This document shows positions 30,496 to 40,392 of a stretch of 54,356 bases of DNA, piece by piece. Source of the stretch: Candidatus Berkelbacteria bacterium (GTDB lineage: Bacteria > Patescibacteriota > UBA1384 > 2-12-FULL-50-11); assembly GCA_016213365.1 (NCBI GenBank), contig JACRAP010000016.1, positions 1 through 54,356 on the forward strand. Direction: 5' to 3'. A program made the translations under genes and the position numbers. The notes under the pieces were generated by a model that searched no databases, was not told the origin of the DNA, and saw only the letters and a list, made by a program, of their open reading frames with translations. The stretch's first letter is position 1. Every line of letters starts with the position of its first letter.

Positions 30496-32497
30496 TTTAT
30501 CCTTGATTTTGTCTCTGTTTTTCCCGTTGTCTGTTTACGCGCAAGAATTTATAAAATCAAATGAAGCATTAAGCTATAAATCCGATCAACAAATTTATAA
30601 ATTTGATAATAGTAATTTGCCGTGGAGAATGGTTAGCCCGCTTGAAGGCGAACTTGTCGGCGATGCGATTAGCATCGGCACAAACATTTTTCAAGTAAGC
30701 AAAATCGATTCTAAATATTACCTGTATAATATTGAGCGAGCGATAAAACCGCAGTTAATAAGTCAATTTAAAGCTACCGATTTGATAGAAATTACAAAGC
30801 AGGAAGAACTGATTATCGTTCAAGTAAATTTTAATAACTCTAAGAAAATTTATCGGATCAATAGCGCTGTCGAGGTACGCGAAATCGCTCAAATCCCAAT
30901 CGAACAAACGGCGATATTTTTCGATGAAACCAGAAATATCCTAGTTACAAAAGATGAAACAAAAGTTTATTTAAATAATGTCGGACAAGACTGTCCCCAA
31001 GCAGTAAATATCGTAATAAAATTGCCAATCACAATTTGTCAAAATAACACCATTAAAATTTACGAAAACAGACAATTTAAAAATATTGAATATGTTAGCA
31101 ACTATAAGTATTCAGATAATTTATTATGGGTAGATTTATTAAATAAAAATAAATTAATAATAAGTAAAGACGCGATAATAGAGCTTACAATAAATAGCGA
31201 CCAACAAATAAATCAAAATAATATCGATATTATTGGCAATAGAATTTTTGTAAAAAGTAACGGTTATTGGGAGCTAGACTTTAAAAACAATAAATTGATC
31301 AGTATTAGTCAAGCCCCAGCGGAGGTTATGGCTGTTGGAAATGATGTTATTTTAATAAGCCAAGAAAAATATTTATTTAGTCGTAAAACTGGTGAGTACA
31401 GTGCGTTTAAAGTACTTACAAATTTTAATCGTGCAAATTATTTTGGGAAAATGATCGTATTATTTCAACACGATGGCTCTACTATACAAGCGCTGAATCC
31501 AGACACGCTTGAAGTAAGCGCATCGACCGGCTCTTGGGCTAAAAGCAGTAAAATCAAATCGATAAGTTCGTTTGGCGGTCTATATTTTCTTAGTTTATTG
31601 AACTCGTCGTTAAAACCGAATTTATATAAATCCGAAAACCTACTTAGCTGGACTAGAATTACACTGCCAACAAAAATAACCAATAGTTTACCGATCGCGC
31701 AAATTCGCGAGCTTGAAGCGGGACAACTGGTTGAGTTTTGGGGGACGGTAACTACTGTACCAGGAGAGATTTCATCAGAGATTAACTATCTCCAAGACGA
31801 GTCGGGGGGAATCCAACTATTTCTTAATTCCGACAACGGCCCACCTATTGATATCAGGAACAATCTCGTTCAAGTCTACGGCGAAATAAGCTCAAGTGTT
31901 GTTAAGCGGGTAATTTTGGATTCCAGGGAGGGGTTAAGAATTCTCGGGTCTTCAACAATTAAACCAATCAAATTAAGTCTAGCCGAAGCAATAAATCGGC
32001 CGGGTGTACTTTCAAACATTGAAGCTGAAGTTAAATCTACCGACGAAAAATTTATGACGCTTTACTCGGAAATAAAACTCAATTTCGCTAAATTAAAGAA
32101 TAAGTACTCAGGGGGCGATAAAATAAATTTAAACGTAATTAGTGATTACAATAGTTACACTAAAAAATATGAGCTTTGGAAGATCGGAGAAGCTGAAAAA
32201 ATAATAAAACCACCCAAGCCAAGCGTTACCGCCACTACTACTCAAAAACAAATAGAAAACGAAGTAAAAAAAACAAAAGCTACAACTCCAACTCCAAAAC
32301 AAATAACCACCGTAACGACCGTAACTAAAATTAGCCGCACCCCAAATCCAAACAACGAGCCACAACAACTTACAATTATCGGTTCCGCCACTACAAATGA
32401 AAAAGAGAATTATTTTTATGCCCTGTTTGGATTTTTAATTGGGTTGCTATCGGTTAGCTCAAAACTTAATCTATCTAAAGGACCGCAAATTAGCTAA
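30467..32497 (+). CDS. large secreted, C-terminally anchored surface protein with OB-fold-like domains
   Basis: Signal peptide ending VYA, beta-rich N-half, V..WGTVT..PG...YLQD.SGGIQ, Thr/Pro-rich stalk and C-terminal TM. Confidence 0.7.
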   Translation: MLFPQRTITSLSLILSLFFPLSVYAQEFIKSNEALSYKSDQQIYKFDNSNLPWRMVSPLEGELVGDAISIGTNIFQVSKIDSKYYLYNIERAIKPQLISQFKATDLIEITKQEELIIVQVNFNNSKKIYRINSAVEVREIAQIPIEQTAIFFDETRNILVTKDETKVYLNNVGQDCPQAVNIVIKLPITICQNNTIKIYENRQFKNIEYVSNYKYSDNLLWVDLLNKNKLIISKDAIIELTINSDQQINQNNIDIIGNRIFVKSNGYWELDFKNNKLISISQAPAEVMAVGNDVILISQEKYLFSRKTGEYSAFKVLTNFNRANYFGKMIVLFQHDGSTIQALNPDTLEVSASTGSWAKSSKIKSISSFGGLYFLSLLNSSLKPNLYKSENLLSWTRITLPTKITNSLPIAQIRELEAGQLVEFWGTVTTVPGEISSEINYLQDESGGIQLFLNSDNGPPIDIRNNLVQVYGEISSSVVKRVILDSREGLRILGSSTIKPIKLSLAEAINRPGVLSNIEAEVKSTDEKFMTLYSEIKLNFAKLKNKYSGGDKINLNVISDYNSYTKKYELWKIGEAEKIIKPPKPSVTATTTQKQIENEVKKTKATTPTPKQITTVTTVTKISRTPNPNNEPQQLTIIGSATTNEKENYFYALFGFLIGLLSVSSKLNLSKGPQIS

Positions 32498-32507
32498 AAT
32501 TAATAAA

Positions 32508-32801
32508 ATGCTATTTAATCAGAACGCTTTGGCTAAAGTAATTATCGGTAACAAACTCCTATCTGTTTGGACGCTACTATTACTATCTCTAGTTATACTA
32601 CTTGCTTACGCTCGCAACAGTTACTTTGAAAGGGCGATTTTTAATTCGCTTTTAAGTTTGTTTGTAGTTAATTCGGTGATATTTTTTTCTACCTATAAAA
32701 ACAATAAGCAGATTGCGCTAGCAATATTGTTATTTATTATGTTGCTCGAGTTGTCATTTATCGGCTTATTTTTTGTCTCCGAGTATAGCTATGTCTACTA
32801 A
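32508..32801 (+). CDS. small three-TM membrane protein
   Basis: Hydrophobic ORF; ATG at 32508 avoids overlap with the upstream gene. Confidence 0.65.
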   Translation: MLFNQNALAKVIIGNKLLSVWTLLLLSLVILLAYARNSYFERAIFNSLLSLFVVNSVIFFSTYKNNKQIALAILLFIMLLELSFIGLFFVSEYSYVY

Positions 32802-34311
32802 GAAAATCTTAACCAGACTCTGGAGTTTTTTACCTGGATTTATGGCGTGGGGAACTATTCTTGGATTACTTTTGTTAAGCTTTACTGCGCCAAATACAGT
32901 TTTAATTTTAGTATTAATTTACGCAATCTATTGGTTAGTAAAAGTGTTTATTATAACGGGGCACTTAGTAGTTGGGACCGTTAAGTACAACCAAGACATT
33001 CGAAAAAATTGGCACGAACAGTTAAAAAAAGATTTTCCAGGTAAGTTTGAGAATTATTACCACCTAGCAATTGTGCCAACTTACAAAGAAGATATTACGA
33101 TTTTACGTCATACACTTAGTGCTATTGCAAACAGTAGTTACAACTTAGAAAAAATACTTGTTGCGGTTGCCTTTGAAGAACGGGATAAAGAAAACGCAAA
33201 AGTTTTCGCAAAGATTTTGTCGCACGAATTCGGTAATATTTTTGGCCAACTATTTATAACCTTCCATCCTTCGGATATCGCTGGCGAAGTTAGGGGTAAG
33301 GGTCCAAATATTACTTACTGTGCTCGGGAAATCACCAAAGAAATATTAAAAAATCATCTTGCCCAAGACGTTATAGTTACCACCCTAGACGCCGACAACA
33401 GGGTTGATAAAAATTATTTCGCGAACCTTACGTGGAACTACTGCAATACACCCGACCCCCTGCACAAAAGTTTCCAACCGATCCCGATGTTTTTCAATAA
33501 TATTTGGAAAGTACCATTACCGGTTAAAATAACGGCGCTGGGGTCGTCATTTTGGCAGATAATCCAAGCGATGCGACCGCACTACGCCCGTAATTTTTCT
33601 GCGCACGCCCAATCGCTGGAGGCACTTATTGCTACGGACTATTGGTCGGTTACCACGGTGGTAGAGGACGGCCATCAGTACTGGCGAACGTACTTTCGAT
33701 TTCACGGCAATCACCACGTTGTGCCGATGTTTGTGCCGGTATATATGGACGCAGTACAAGGCGAGGATCTGTACGATACTTTCCGCGAGCAATACTTACA
33801 ACGTCGTAGGTGGTTTTGGGGGGTGTCTGATATTCCTTATGTGTTTGAGCATAGCTTCGGAAATTCTAAAATCCCGTTTTTGTATAAATGGTTACAATTC
33901 TTTCGCTTAGTCGAGGCGCATTATTCGTTAAGTACGCAGTCATTTATTTTACTTATTGGCTGGTTACCGCTGTTTTTGTATCCAAGCTTTGAAAATACAG
34001 TTTTGGGTTACAATTTCCCGATTGTTTATAGAACGTTTTTAACCGCCGCATGGATCGGGCTTATTGCCAATATGTCGGTAGCATCAATGTTAGTGCCGCC
34101 AAGACCCGGCAATAAAGGTGTTTACGCTTTAACTTTACTAAAGGAATGGGTACTCGCCCCGATTATGCTTTCAGTTTCTGCGGTGTTATTTTCTGCGTTA
34201 CCGGCGCTGGATTCCCAAACCAGACTAATGTTAAATAAGCCCTTTACAGTATTTAATGTAACTAAAAAAGCTGCGGTCCAAGAGGGAGTCGAGCGTCATT
34301 CTTTGGCTTAG
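32791..34311 (+). CDS. membrane-embedded GT2 glycosyltransferase, processive-type signature
   Basis: VPTYKE, LDAD, VED and QRRRW motifs with flanking TMs. Confidence 0.9.
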   Translation: MSTKKILTRLWSFLPGFMAWGTILGLLLLSFTAPNTVLILVLIYAIYWLVKVFIITGHLVVGTVKYNQDIRKNWHEQLKKDFPGKFENYYHLAIVPTYKEDITILRHTLSAIANSSYNLEKILVAVAFEERDKENAKVFAKILSHEFGNIFGQLFITFHPSDIAGEVRGKGPNITYCAREITKEILKNHLAQDVIVTTLDADNRVDKNYFANLTWNYCNTPDPLHKSFQPIPMFFNNIWKVPLPVKITALGSSFWQIIQAMRPHYARNFSAHAQSLEALIATDYWSVTTVVEDGHQYWRTYFRFHGNHHVVPMFVPVYMDAVQGEDLYDTFREQYLQRRRWFWGVSDIPYVFEHSFGNSKIPFLYKWLQFFRLVEAHYSLSTQSFILLIGWLPLFLYPSFENTVLGYNFPIVYRTFLTAAWIGLIANMSVASMLVPPRPGNKGVYALTLLKEWVLAPIMLSVSAVLFSALPALDSQTRLMLNKPFTVFNVTKKAAVQEGVERHSLA

Positions 34312-35405
34312 TTTTTAAAAGTAGTTAATCTGTTTAGAATATAATTCCAGCCAAATACTAATACAACCGCGATTAATTTTGCGATATTGTAATGCCATTT
34401 TGCTAGATCTACTAAAAGATAAACGATTAGAAAGTTTATCGCTAAACCAACTACTGCTATTGTCATAAAGTTAGCTAATTTATTAAGTGATAATTTTGTT
34501 CCAAAGGAAAAGTAACTGTTTAAAATGTAGTTATTTATTGCGCCAACTATAAATCCGATTGTTACTGCCACATATAAATTAAAATCTAGTACTGCATAAA
34601 AAAGATTTAATACCATAAAATCAAGTGTTGTGCCGATCGCACCCACAAAAGCAAACCGAAGCACTAATTCAGGTTCGGATCGACTCACCTTTGAGTATTT
34701 ACCGCTCATTGAGTTTCTTTTAATCCTAAAAAGCTCTATTAAAGTTTTATGAAGAGCGTTTCGAGATTGAATCGTAGATTGATCGTCGTTTTTCCAAGTA
34801 ATTCCAACCTGTTTTACCGGTAAGTTCAATTCCTTGGCGATACGCAGGAGTTCCATATCAAACCCCCAACCAAAAACGGTTTGTTTTGAAAATATCTCGT
34901 TAGCGGCGTCGCGTCTAAACATTTTAAAACCGCACTGAGTGTCTTTAAACCCTGGTAAAATTAGTGCTTGTATTAATAAATTACTAACTCGCGAAATAAT
35001 TATTCGAGGCGTAGGTTGTTTTTTGATGATATTACTACCCGATATGTAACGCGAACCAATTATTACCGGATAGACGTCGGTAAACGGTTCCAGTTTATTC
35101 ATTTCTTCAATTGGGGTGGAGTTATCGGCGTCGGTATATAACACCCAATCGTTTTTAGATTCTTTTACTCCAAAATTTATCGCATAACCCTTACCCCTGT
35201 TTTTACCGTAACTAATTACCTTACAATTCTTGATACTCAATTTTTCAACAGTTTCTATGGTTTTATCTTTACTGCCGTCGTCAACAACAATTATCTCGTA
35301 ACTCAATTTCTTCTCTTTAAGAAATTGGTCAATTTTAATTAAGGTTTTTGTAATTCTTTTTTCTTCGTTATACGCCGGTACGATTACGGAAACACTTTTA
35401 ATCAT
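34308..35405 (-). CDS. polyprenol-phosphate glycosyltransferase (DPM1/ALG5-like GT2) fused to a GtrA-like flippase domain
   Basis: IVPAYNEE, VDDGSKD, NRGKG, DAD and DTQCGFK motifs; C-terminal RFAFVG...4-TM GtrA-like domain. Confidence 0.92.
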   Translation of the reverse strand: MIKSVSVIVPAYNEEKRITKTLIKIDQFLKEKKLSYEIIVVDDGSKDKTIETVEKLSIKNCKVISYGKNRGKGYAINFGVKESKNDWVLYTDADNSTPIEEMNKLEPFTDVYPVIIGSRYISGSNIIKKQPTPRIIISRVSNLLIQALILPGFKDTQCGFKMFRRDAANEIFSKQTVFGWGFDMELLRIAKELNLPVKQVGITWKNDDQSTIQSRNALHKTLIELFRIKRNSMSGKYSKVSRSEPELVLRFAFVGAIGTTLDFMVLNLFYAVLDFNLYVAVTIGFIVGAINNYILNSYFSFGTKLSLNKLANFMTIAVVGLAINFLIVYLLVDLAKWHYNIAKLIAVVLVFGWNYILNRLTTFKN

Positions 35406-37083
35406 TTGTTTTACACACGAAAACAGCGTTTGAAATTATTTTGTTATCGCACGACGGAAATTGAAACTTATATCTTGTTGCGTAAATTGAAGCGCTAATA
35501 ATTACAGTATCCGATGTGCTTGGTTTGGTGCTTTCCAAAACTCTATAATCACCCAGGTAATAATCGAGGCCGTCCTTACCGAGCCAGCCGTAATCTATTA
35601 CAGGCGAAATGATGTTATTTTTTTGAATATAGTTTTTTATTCGCTTCAAGTCTTGCCCCCAGTCTAAATTTGAATCAGTTGCTATTTTGTAACCATTCCT
35701 TGCTCCGCCAGCTAATTCGTTAAAATATCCTAAATAAGTTGGGTATCCTATGATATAAATTCCCAAAGCCCAAATGCTCAATATCAATATAGGGGTTTTG
35801 TAATTTTTTATTTGAAGTATTCCCCAGGTGGAAAGTAGTATAAATAACGGCATTGTTGGCAAAATATGGCGGATACCGAGGTTGGCTTTTGAAATCATCG
35901 CAAATCCTAAAAATCCAATTCCAAAGATTGCTAGCGTCCAAATTAATAGCTTCTTTTCTTTTTTAATTATCGCCCAAAGGCCGATCGTAAAAGCAATCAA
36001 AAACGGTAGCGGCGACTTAACAAAAAATAGCAGTGGGAAATAATACCACCAACCGGTGTTGGAAACTTTACCGAGTAAATAACTGCTGTGTCCGCCGCCA
36101 GTATGGTTTAGTACTAATATCACACCTTTAATATAATTTAACGGCAATGTTACAAGGAGTGGTCGAACATTAGTGTAGATTTTATCTAACGTTTCATTTT
36201 TCTCTACATTAACTCTTTCGGGGCTGCTGTTAATAATTTCTTGCGTAATTGAGGTTGATCTAGGGGCAATATCGTCGTTAAAACCAAATCCCGCCCAAAT
36301 CACCGCCCAAATTACTACGGCTGTGATTAGTAATTTTGGTAGCATTTTCAACGATTTTTTTCTGGTTTTGTCGTAAGCGATTAAAAATATTAAACAACCA
36401 ATTATTATTGGGATCAGAATAATCGCCGTGTGTTTACTTAGTAATGCAAGCCCAAGCGCCAAACCAAAAATTATCGAGTTTAGGGCCGTTGGTTTTGTTA
36501 CAAATTTATAAGCAGTGATTACCGTGAGTAAGTAACTAAGCGCTAAAATCATATCCGTTGTAATTAAGTGTCCGTGGCCGTTAACGGTTGGATTGGTGGT
36601 AAATAGTGTGGTAGCTAGTAGCGCTCCCCAAACTCCAAAGATTTTTTTTGAAAATAGAAGCAGGGTAAGCGCAAGTAGCGCTGTAATTATAACTGTTGGG
36701 ATTCTTCCCCAAAAAATTAGTTGATCGGGATTGTTTTGGGAGGTATACATAAATTTGTCGCCCAGTACTCTATTCTCCGCCCAAGAATCGTAAAAAGTAT
36801 TATCACTTTTTTGCCAAAGCGTATCGTAATCCTTGGGTAGATTTGGAGTTATAAATAAAAGCGGGATCGCCGACAATGTTTTTAATAGCGGTGGGTGTTC
36901 GGGGTTGAATCTGTAATCGCGTTCAATTAAATATGTGTAGCCCGCAAATAAGTGGATGGCTTCGTCGGTTGTTGGTGAGTCGTCGCGAGCGAGTTTTAGT
37001 TGCACAGCAAATTGAATAAATATCAGTAATAAACAACAGGATAAAATTAGTTTTGGGGAGATTTTTTTTACTAAAAAAACCAT
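35398..37083 (-). CDS. GT-C fold (ArnT/PMT-like) lipid-linked sugar transferase
   Basis: PTTDE..H, NPEHPPL, ALLSKH, GIRHILP and DSNLDWGQD motifs; many TMs. Confidence 0.9.
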   Translation of the reverse strand: MVFLVKKISPKLILSCCLLLIFIQFAVQLKLARDDSPTTDEAIHLFAGYTYLIERDYRFNPEHPPLLKTLSAIPLLFITPNLPKDYDTLWQKSDNTFYDSWAENRVLGDKFMYTSQNNPDQLIFWGRIPTVIITALLALTLLLFSKKIFGVWGALLATTLFTTNPTVNGHGHLITTDMILALSYLLTVITAYKFVTKPTALNSIIFGLALGLALLSKHTAIILIPIIIGCLIFLIAYDKTRKKSLKMLPKLLITAVVIWAVIWAGFGFNDDIAPRSTSITQEIINSSPERVNVEKNETLDKIYTNVRPLLVTLPLNYIKGVILVLNHTGGGHSSYLLGKVSNTGWWYYFPLLFFVKSPLPFLIAFTIGLWAIIKKEKKLLIWTLAIFGIGFLGFAMISKANLGIRHILPTMPLFILLSTWGILQIKNYKTPILILSIWALGIYIIGYPTYLGYFNELAGGARNGYKIATDSNLDWGQDLKRIKNYIQKNNIISPVIDYGWLGKDGLDYYLGDYRVLESTKPSTSDTVIISASIYATRYKFQFPSCDNKIISNAVFVCKTND

Positions 37084-37089
37084 CGCCCT

Positions 37090-37695
37090 TTAATTATTTT
37101 TGCCGCTTAATAATTTGTAGTTATGGCTGCAAAGTGAATCGTTAACTTGATCGCAAAGCGAAATATCATCTAAGGCATAACCCCAACTACTTAATGTACT
37201 ACTTTCTTGTGTAACATTAGTATTTACGTTATTTATTCGCTCAACTAACGCCATTAACATGTATTCAGATTTTGGCGAAAGGGAAGGGGCGTTTTTTACA
37301 AAATATAGATATTCGCCTTTGTGGGCAGAAGCAGTGGCGAGCGAAGTACAATCATTACCGCTTTGATTTAACTTACTAAGGGGATCTCTTGGGAAATTCT
37401 GTATAAACGATGGCCATATACCACGATAATTATTTACGCAATTAAATGTTCCTGGCGCCAGTTGATATTCCGCCAATGTAATTTGGTTCGAACCACTATA
37501 AAATGCAGGGAAAGATTTTATGTCTAAGTAATAAAGTTCGATTGCGCTTTTTATATTATTCAAATCACTTATTCGTTGTTGGTCGCGAGTACGCTTTAAG
37601 GCAACGCTGTACGCATAGCCACTAATACCAATTAAAATAGAAAAAACCATAATTACAGTTAGTACTTCAATTATAGTAAATCCCCCACGTCTCAT
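37090..37695 (-). CDS. type IV pilin / GspG-like prepilin
   Basis: Class III signal GG/FTIIEVL, RD..R.SDL..I..A.E.YY and P.DP motifs, four Cys. Confidence 0.92.
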   Translation of the reverse strand: MRRGGFTIIEVLTVIMVFSILIGISGYAYSVALKRTRDQQRISDLNNIKSAIELYYLDIKSFPAFYSGSNQITLAEYQLAPGTFNCVNNYRGIWPSFIQNFPRDPLSKLNQSGNDCTSLATASAHKGEYLYFVKNAPSLSPKSEYMLMALVERINNVNTNVTQESSTLSSWGYALDDISLCDQVNDSLCSHNYKLLSGKNN

Positions 37696-37730
37696 ATTCT
37701 TACTATTGCAAACTATTATTCTTTTCTCAA

Positions 37731-38375
37731 CTAGTAGCCGATAAAATCTTCAGTTTTAATTTTAGATTCCTCAATTTTTAAGTTTTCAAGCATCAGTAAA
37801 ACACCGCTTATGAAAGCGCTACTTCCGCAAATATAAAATTCCTTGTCTCTGTACGGCGCTAAGTCGTTAGTATTTATCCTGCGATTAATAAATTTTGATT
37901 TTTCTTTTGTAATAAATATTTTGCCGTATTTCTTTATCTCTTCTAAATACGGCGCAGAATCATTAGTACTAAAACTAAATAATCCAGCTTTTGGTATAGA
38001 AGTTTGTGTGCGAATAATGCTTAATATCGGCGCTACACCAACACCGCCGGCGATAAAGACACTTTTTGCCACATCTTTACAGGTGAATTTTCCTTTTGGC
38101 TGTGTAATTGATAGCTCATCACCCTCTTTTAAGTTTTTTAAATTATTCTTAAATGCCGTTATACCCTGCTTAAATAAAAATTTTATAGTTGGGTCGTTTG
38201 GGGATGATAATATAGACAGCGATCTGGTATCCCCCATATTATCGGAAAGTTTAGGGTTGATTATCTGCAAATCTACGTATTGCCCAGCAATAAAATCAAA
38301 ACCAAGTGGCTTAGTAATCTCTAACTCAAAAATTTCTTGAGCAATATTTATCAATTTAACGGTGCGGCAACGCAT
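37731..38375 (-). CDS. FAD/NAD(P)-binding oxidoreductase (ferredoxin-reductase-like)
   Basis: F.AGQY, RSLSILS, IAGGVGVAP and FYICG motifs; C-terminal EDF.GY. Confidence 0.92.
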   Translation of the reverse strand: MRCRTVKLINIAQEIFELEITKPLGFDFIAGQYVDLQIINPKLSDNMGDTRSLSILSSPNDPTIKFLFKQGITAFKNNLKNLKEGDELSITQPKGKFTCKDVAKSVFIAGGVGVAPILSIIRTQTSIPKAGLFSFSTNDSAPYLEEIKKYGKIFITKEKSKFINRRINTNDLAPYRDKEFYICGSSAFISGVLLMLENLKIEESKIKTEDFIGY

Positions 38376-38377
38376 TG

Positions 38378-38454
38378 TGGCGGTCCCAACCGGATTCGAA
38401 CCGGTGATTTTCTGGATGAAAACCAGATGTCCTAGGCCTCTAGACGATGGGACC
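38378..38454 (-). tRNA. tRNA-Glu(TTC)
   Basis: Reverse strand GGTCCCA...TGGGACC-G-CCA; anticodon arm TCTGG-TT-TTC-AT-CCAGA. Confidence 0.97.
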
Positions 38455-38532
38455 AGTTAGTAAATTTTACCCTTTTTTGGCTAATTTATAAAGACTGTTG
38501 ACAATAATATCTATTTCGCACATGCTGAATAT

Positions 38533-39327
38533 ATGAAAAATATTTCTATTGGGAACAAGGTTATTTTTAAGTCCATTTTACTTTCAGCGTTAATTGCAGT
38601 AGCGGTATTTTCAATAAGCAGTGGAAAAAAATTATTACCACAATCTGCAAGTGCTCAAACCTCTACACAGGCCTATACCAGTACCTGGAAAGCACAAGAA
38701 TTAATAGTTGCAAGACTAAAATCGGTTGGCACTGATAGTTCTAAAGCAGAATGTGAAGCTAAAAATCAAAGTTATGGAGCTTTCCCAAATCCAGATAACT
38801 CCGAAGCCGTAATAGGTATTGCTTCGTGGGAAGTAAAGGGCTCGGTTGATGGCGGTCAAGCATTTAAAGAAAAGTGGACTGTACCAAGTACCATGCCTCA
38901 ATATTACGGATATACTCCAGGGGTTTGGACTCCAGTTAAAGTAGGGGGTTTAATAATTGGGTACCTTTGTACTGGTGGTAGTCAGATAAAGGTTGTGCCA
39001 CAAGAATATAACACCGATTGGGTTTATGGATACTTAAACAACAACAGCTTAATTAGATCGGCAATTGAATTTAGAAAAGAACCAGTTGGTGGAACATTTA
39101 CTAACTCACACGTAGATCCGGACAGGGTTTCAAGTTTTGGGCTAGGTACTTCTTGTCAGGATACAAACAGGTGTATATTTTCAACTGGGTCTTACGGGTT
39201 TAACACTTGGCACGAGTTTGAGGAAGCTGGCAACGGAAAAATACTTAATGCAGGGATTTTAATGCCGTTGAAATGGGTCGTTACAGGAACGCTTTGCGAA
39301 AGCAAGACTGATGCGTCTTGTAATTAG
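38533..39327 (+). CDS. secreted Cys-containing hypothetical protein
   Basis: N-terminal hydrophobic segment, six Cys; TTGACA-N17-CATGCT promoter-like sequence 6 nt upstream. Confidence 0.75.
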   Translation: MKNISIGNKVIFKSILLSALIAVAVFSISSGKKLLPQSASAQTSTQAYTSTWKAQELIVARLKSVGTDSSKAECEAKNQSYGAFPNPDNSEAVIGIASWEVKGSVDGGQAFKEKWTVPSTMPQYYGYTPGVWTPVKVGGLIIGYLCTGGSQIKVVPQEYNTDWVYGYLNNNSLIRSAIEFRKEPVGGTFTNSHVDPDRVSSFGLGTSCQDTNRCIFSTGSYGFNTWHEFEEAGNGKILNAGILMPLKWVVTGTLCESKTDASCN

Positions 39328-39580
39328 TAAAAATAAGTTAAACTTATTTGATAGTATAATAAACACTATCTTAATTATTGCGTTAATTTTTTTAGTAATT
39401 TATTTTACTGATAATAATAACTTGGTTTTACCCAAATCATCCATGACAGAACGTGAACTAGCGATTGCAAAAGCTAAACAAGAGGGTAAAAAAACTTATC
39501 AATACCACAGTAGCTTTATACCGGGAATTGGGGTTGTTGATGCAGACAATATTCGTAAACAATTTAATTCAAATAAATGA
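39311..39580 (+). CDS. small membrane-anchored hypothetical protein
   Basis: 89 aa, one TM, overlaps both neighbours. Confidence 0.6.
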   Translation: MRLVISKNKLNLFDSIINTILIIALIFLVIYFTDNNNLVLPKSSMTERELAIAKAKQEGKKTYQYHSSFIPGIGVVDADNIRKQFNSNK

Positions 39581-40374
39581 ATAAACTAAACTCCCTAACA
39601 AGTAAAATAATTTACGGCTTAATAATTTTTACTGTTATTACATCTTCAATAATTCTAATAATTAATTCAAAATACGACGCCGCGGGAGGGGTTACTGCCT
39701 GTAGTAAATTTGACCCCGCATTTCCTAACAAAGTAAACGAACAGGGTGCCTCAATATTTTACGGTGCACGCGATGCGTTTATCGCTCAAAAACCCCAACT
39801 TTCTGCCGTAGCAGATAATGCTGTCGATTATGCCAGGTCTCGTCCGGCATACGTGAAATTATTAAACGAATGGCTTAACGGCAATCAAACAGACGACCAA
39901 GCTAGTAAAATTTACGCCGCTTATAAGGCGGGGATCGATGAGTATTTTGGGCTTGATACAATCAAAACTAAAATTGATGTAATCCTTGAAGCTCCGCGAG
40001 CAATCGCAAAATCCAAAACTGATGCTTTTAGTTATGCAGGGCTTGATAATTATTGCGGCGAAGGAACTTTCTCGTCTACAGATTCACAATTAGACTATCG
40101 ACAAAACTGGCAACTGGTAACAGATAGACCTGTTGGAGCAAACTTTAAGGCATCTATCGATGTAACGGCGCTAGTAATCGGCTCAAACCAAGGATATTAC
40201 GACAGTATCAATTCCACTTTCGGCAGTTTCGCAACTAAAATATCGGAACTCGGTAATTGGTATAACGACAGACTAACCTTCAAAAACGGCGATAAAATAA
40301 TTTTGCGCGCCACTATCTCAATTAAAGGGATTAAAGATTTCGGCGCAAGTTATAAAATCAAATTTAATCTGTAA
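39577..40374 (+). CDS. membrane-anchored or secreted hypothetical protein
   Basis: 265 aa, N-terminal TM, ATGA overlap with the upstream stop. Confidence 0.75.
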   Translation: MNKLNSLTSKIIYGLIIFTVITSSIILIINSKYDAAGGVTACSKFDPAFPNKVNEQGASIFYGARDAFIAQKPQLSAVADNAVDYARSRPAYVKLLNEWLNGNQTDDQASKIYAAYKAGIDEYFGLDTIKTKIDVILEAPRAIAKSKTDAFSYAGLDNYCGEGTFSSTDSQLDYRQNWQLVTDRPVGANFKASIDVTALVIGSNQGYYDSINSTFGSFATKISELGNWYNDRLTFKNGDKIILRATISIKGIKDFGASYKIKFNL

Positions 40375-40392
40375 TTACGGTATAATTGCTAT

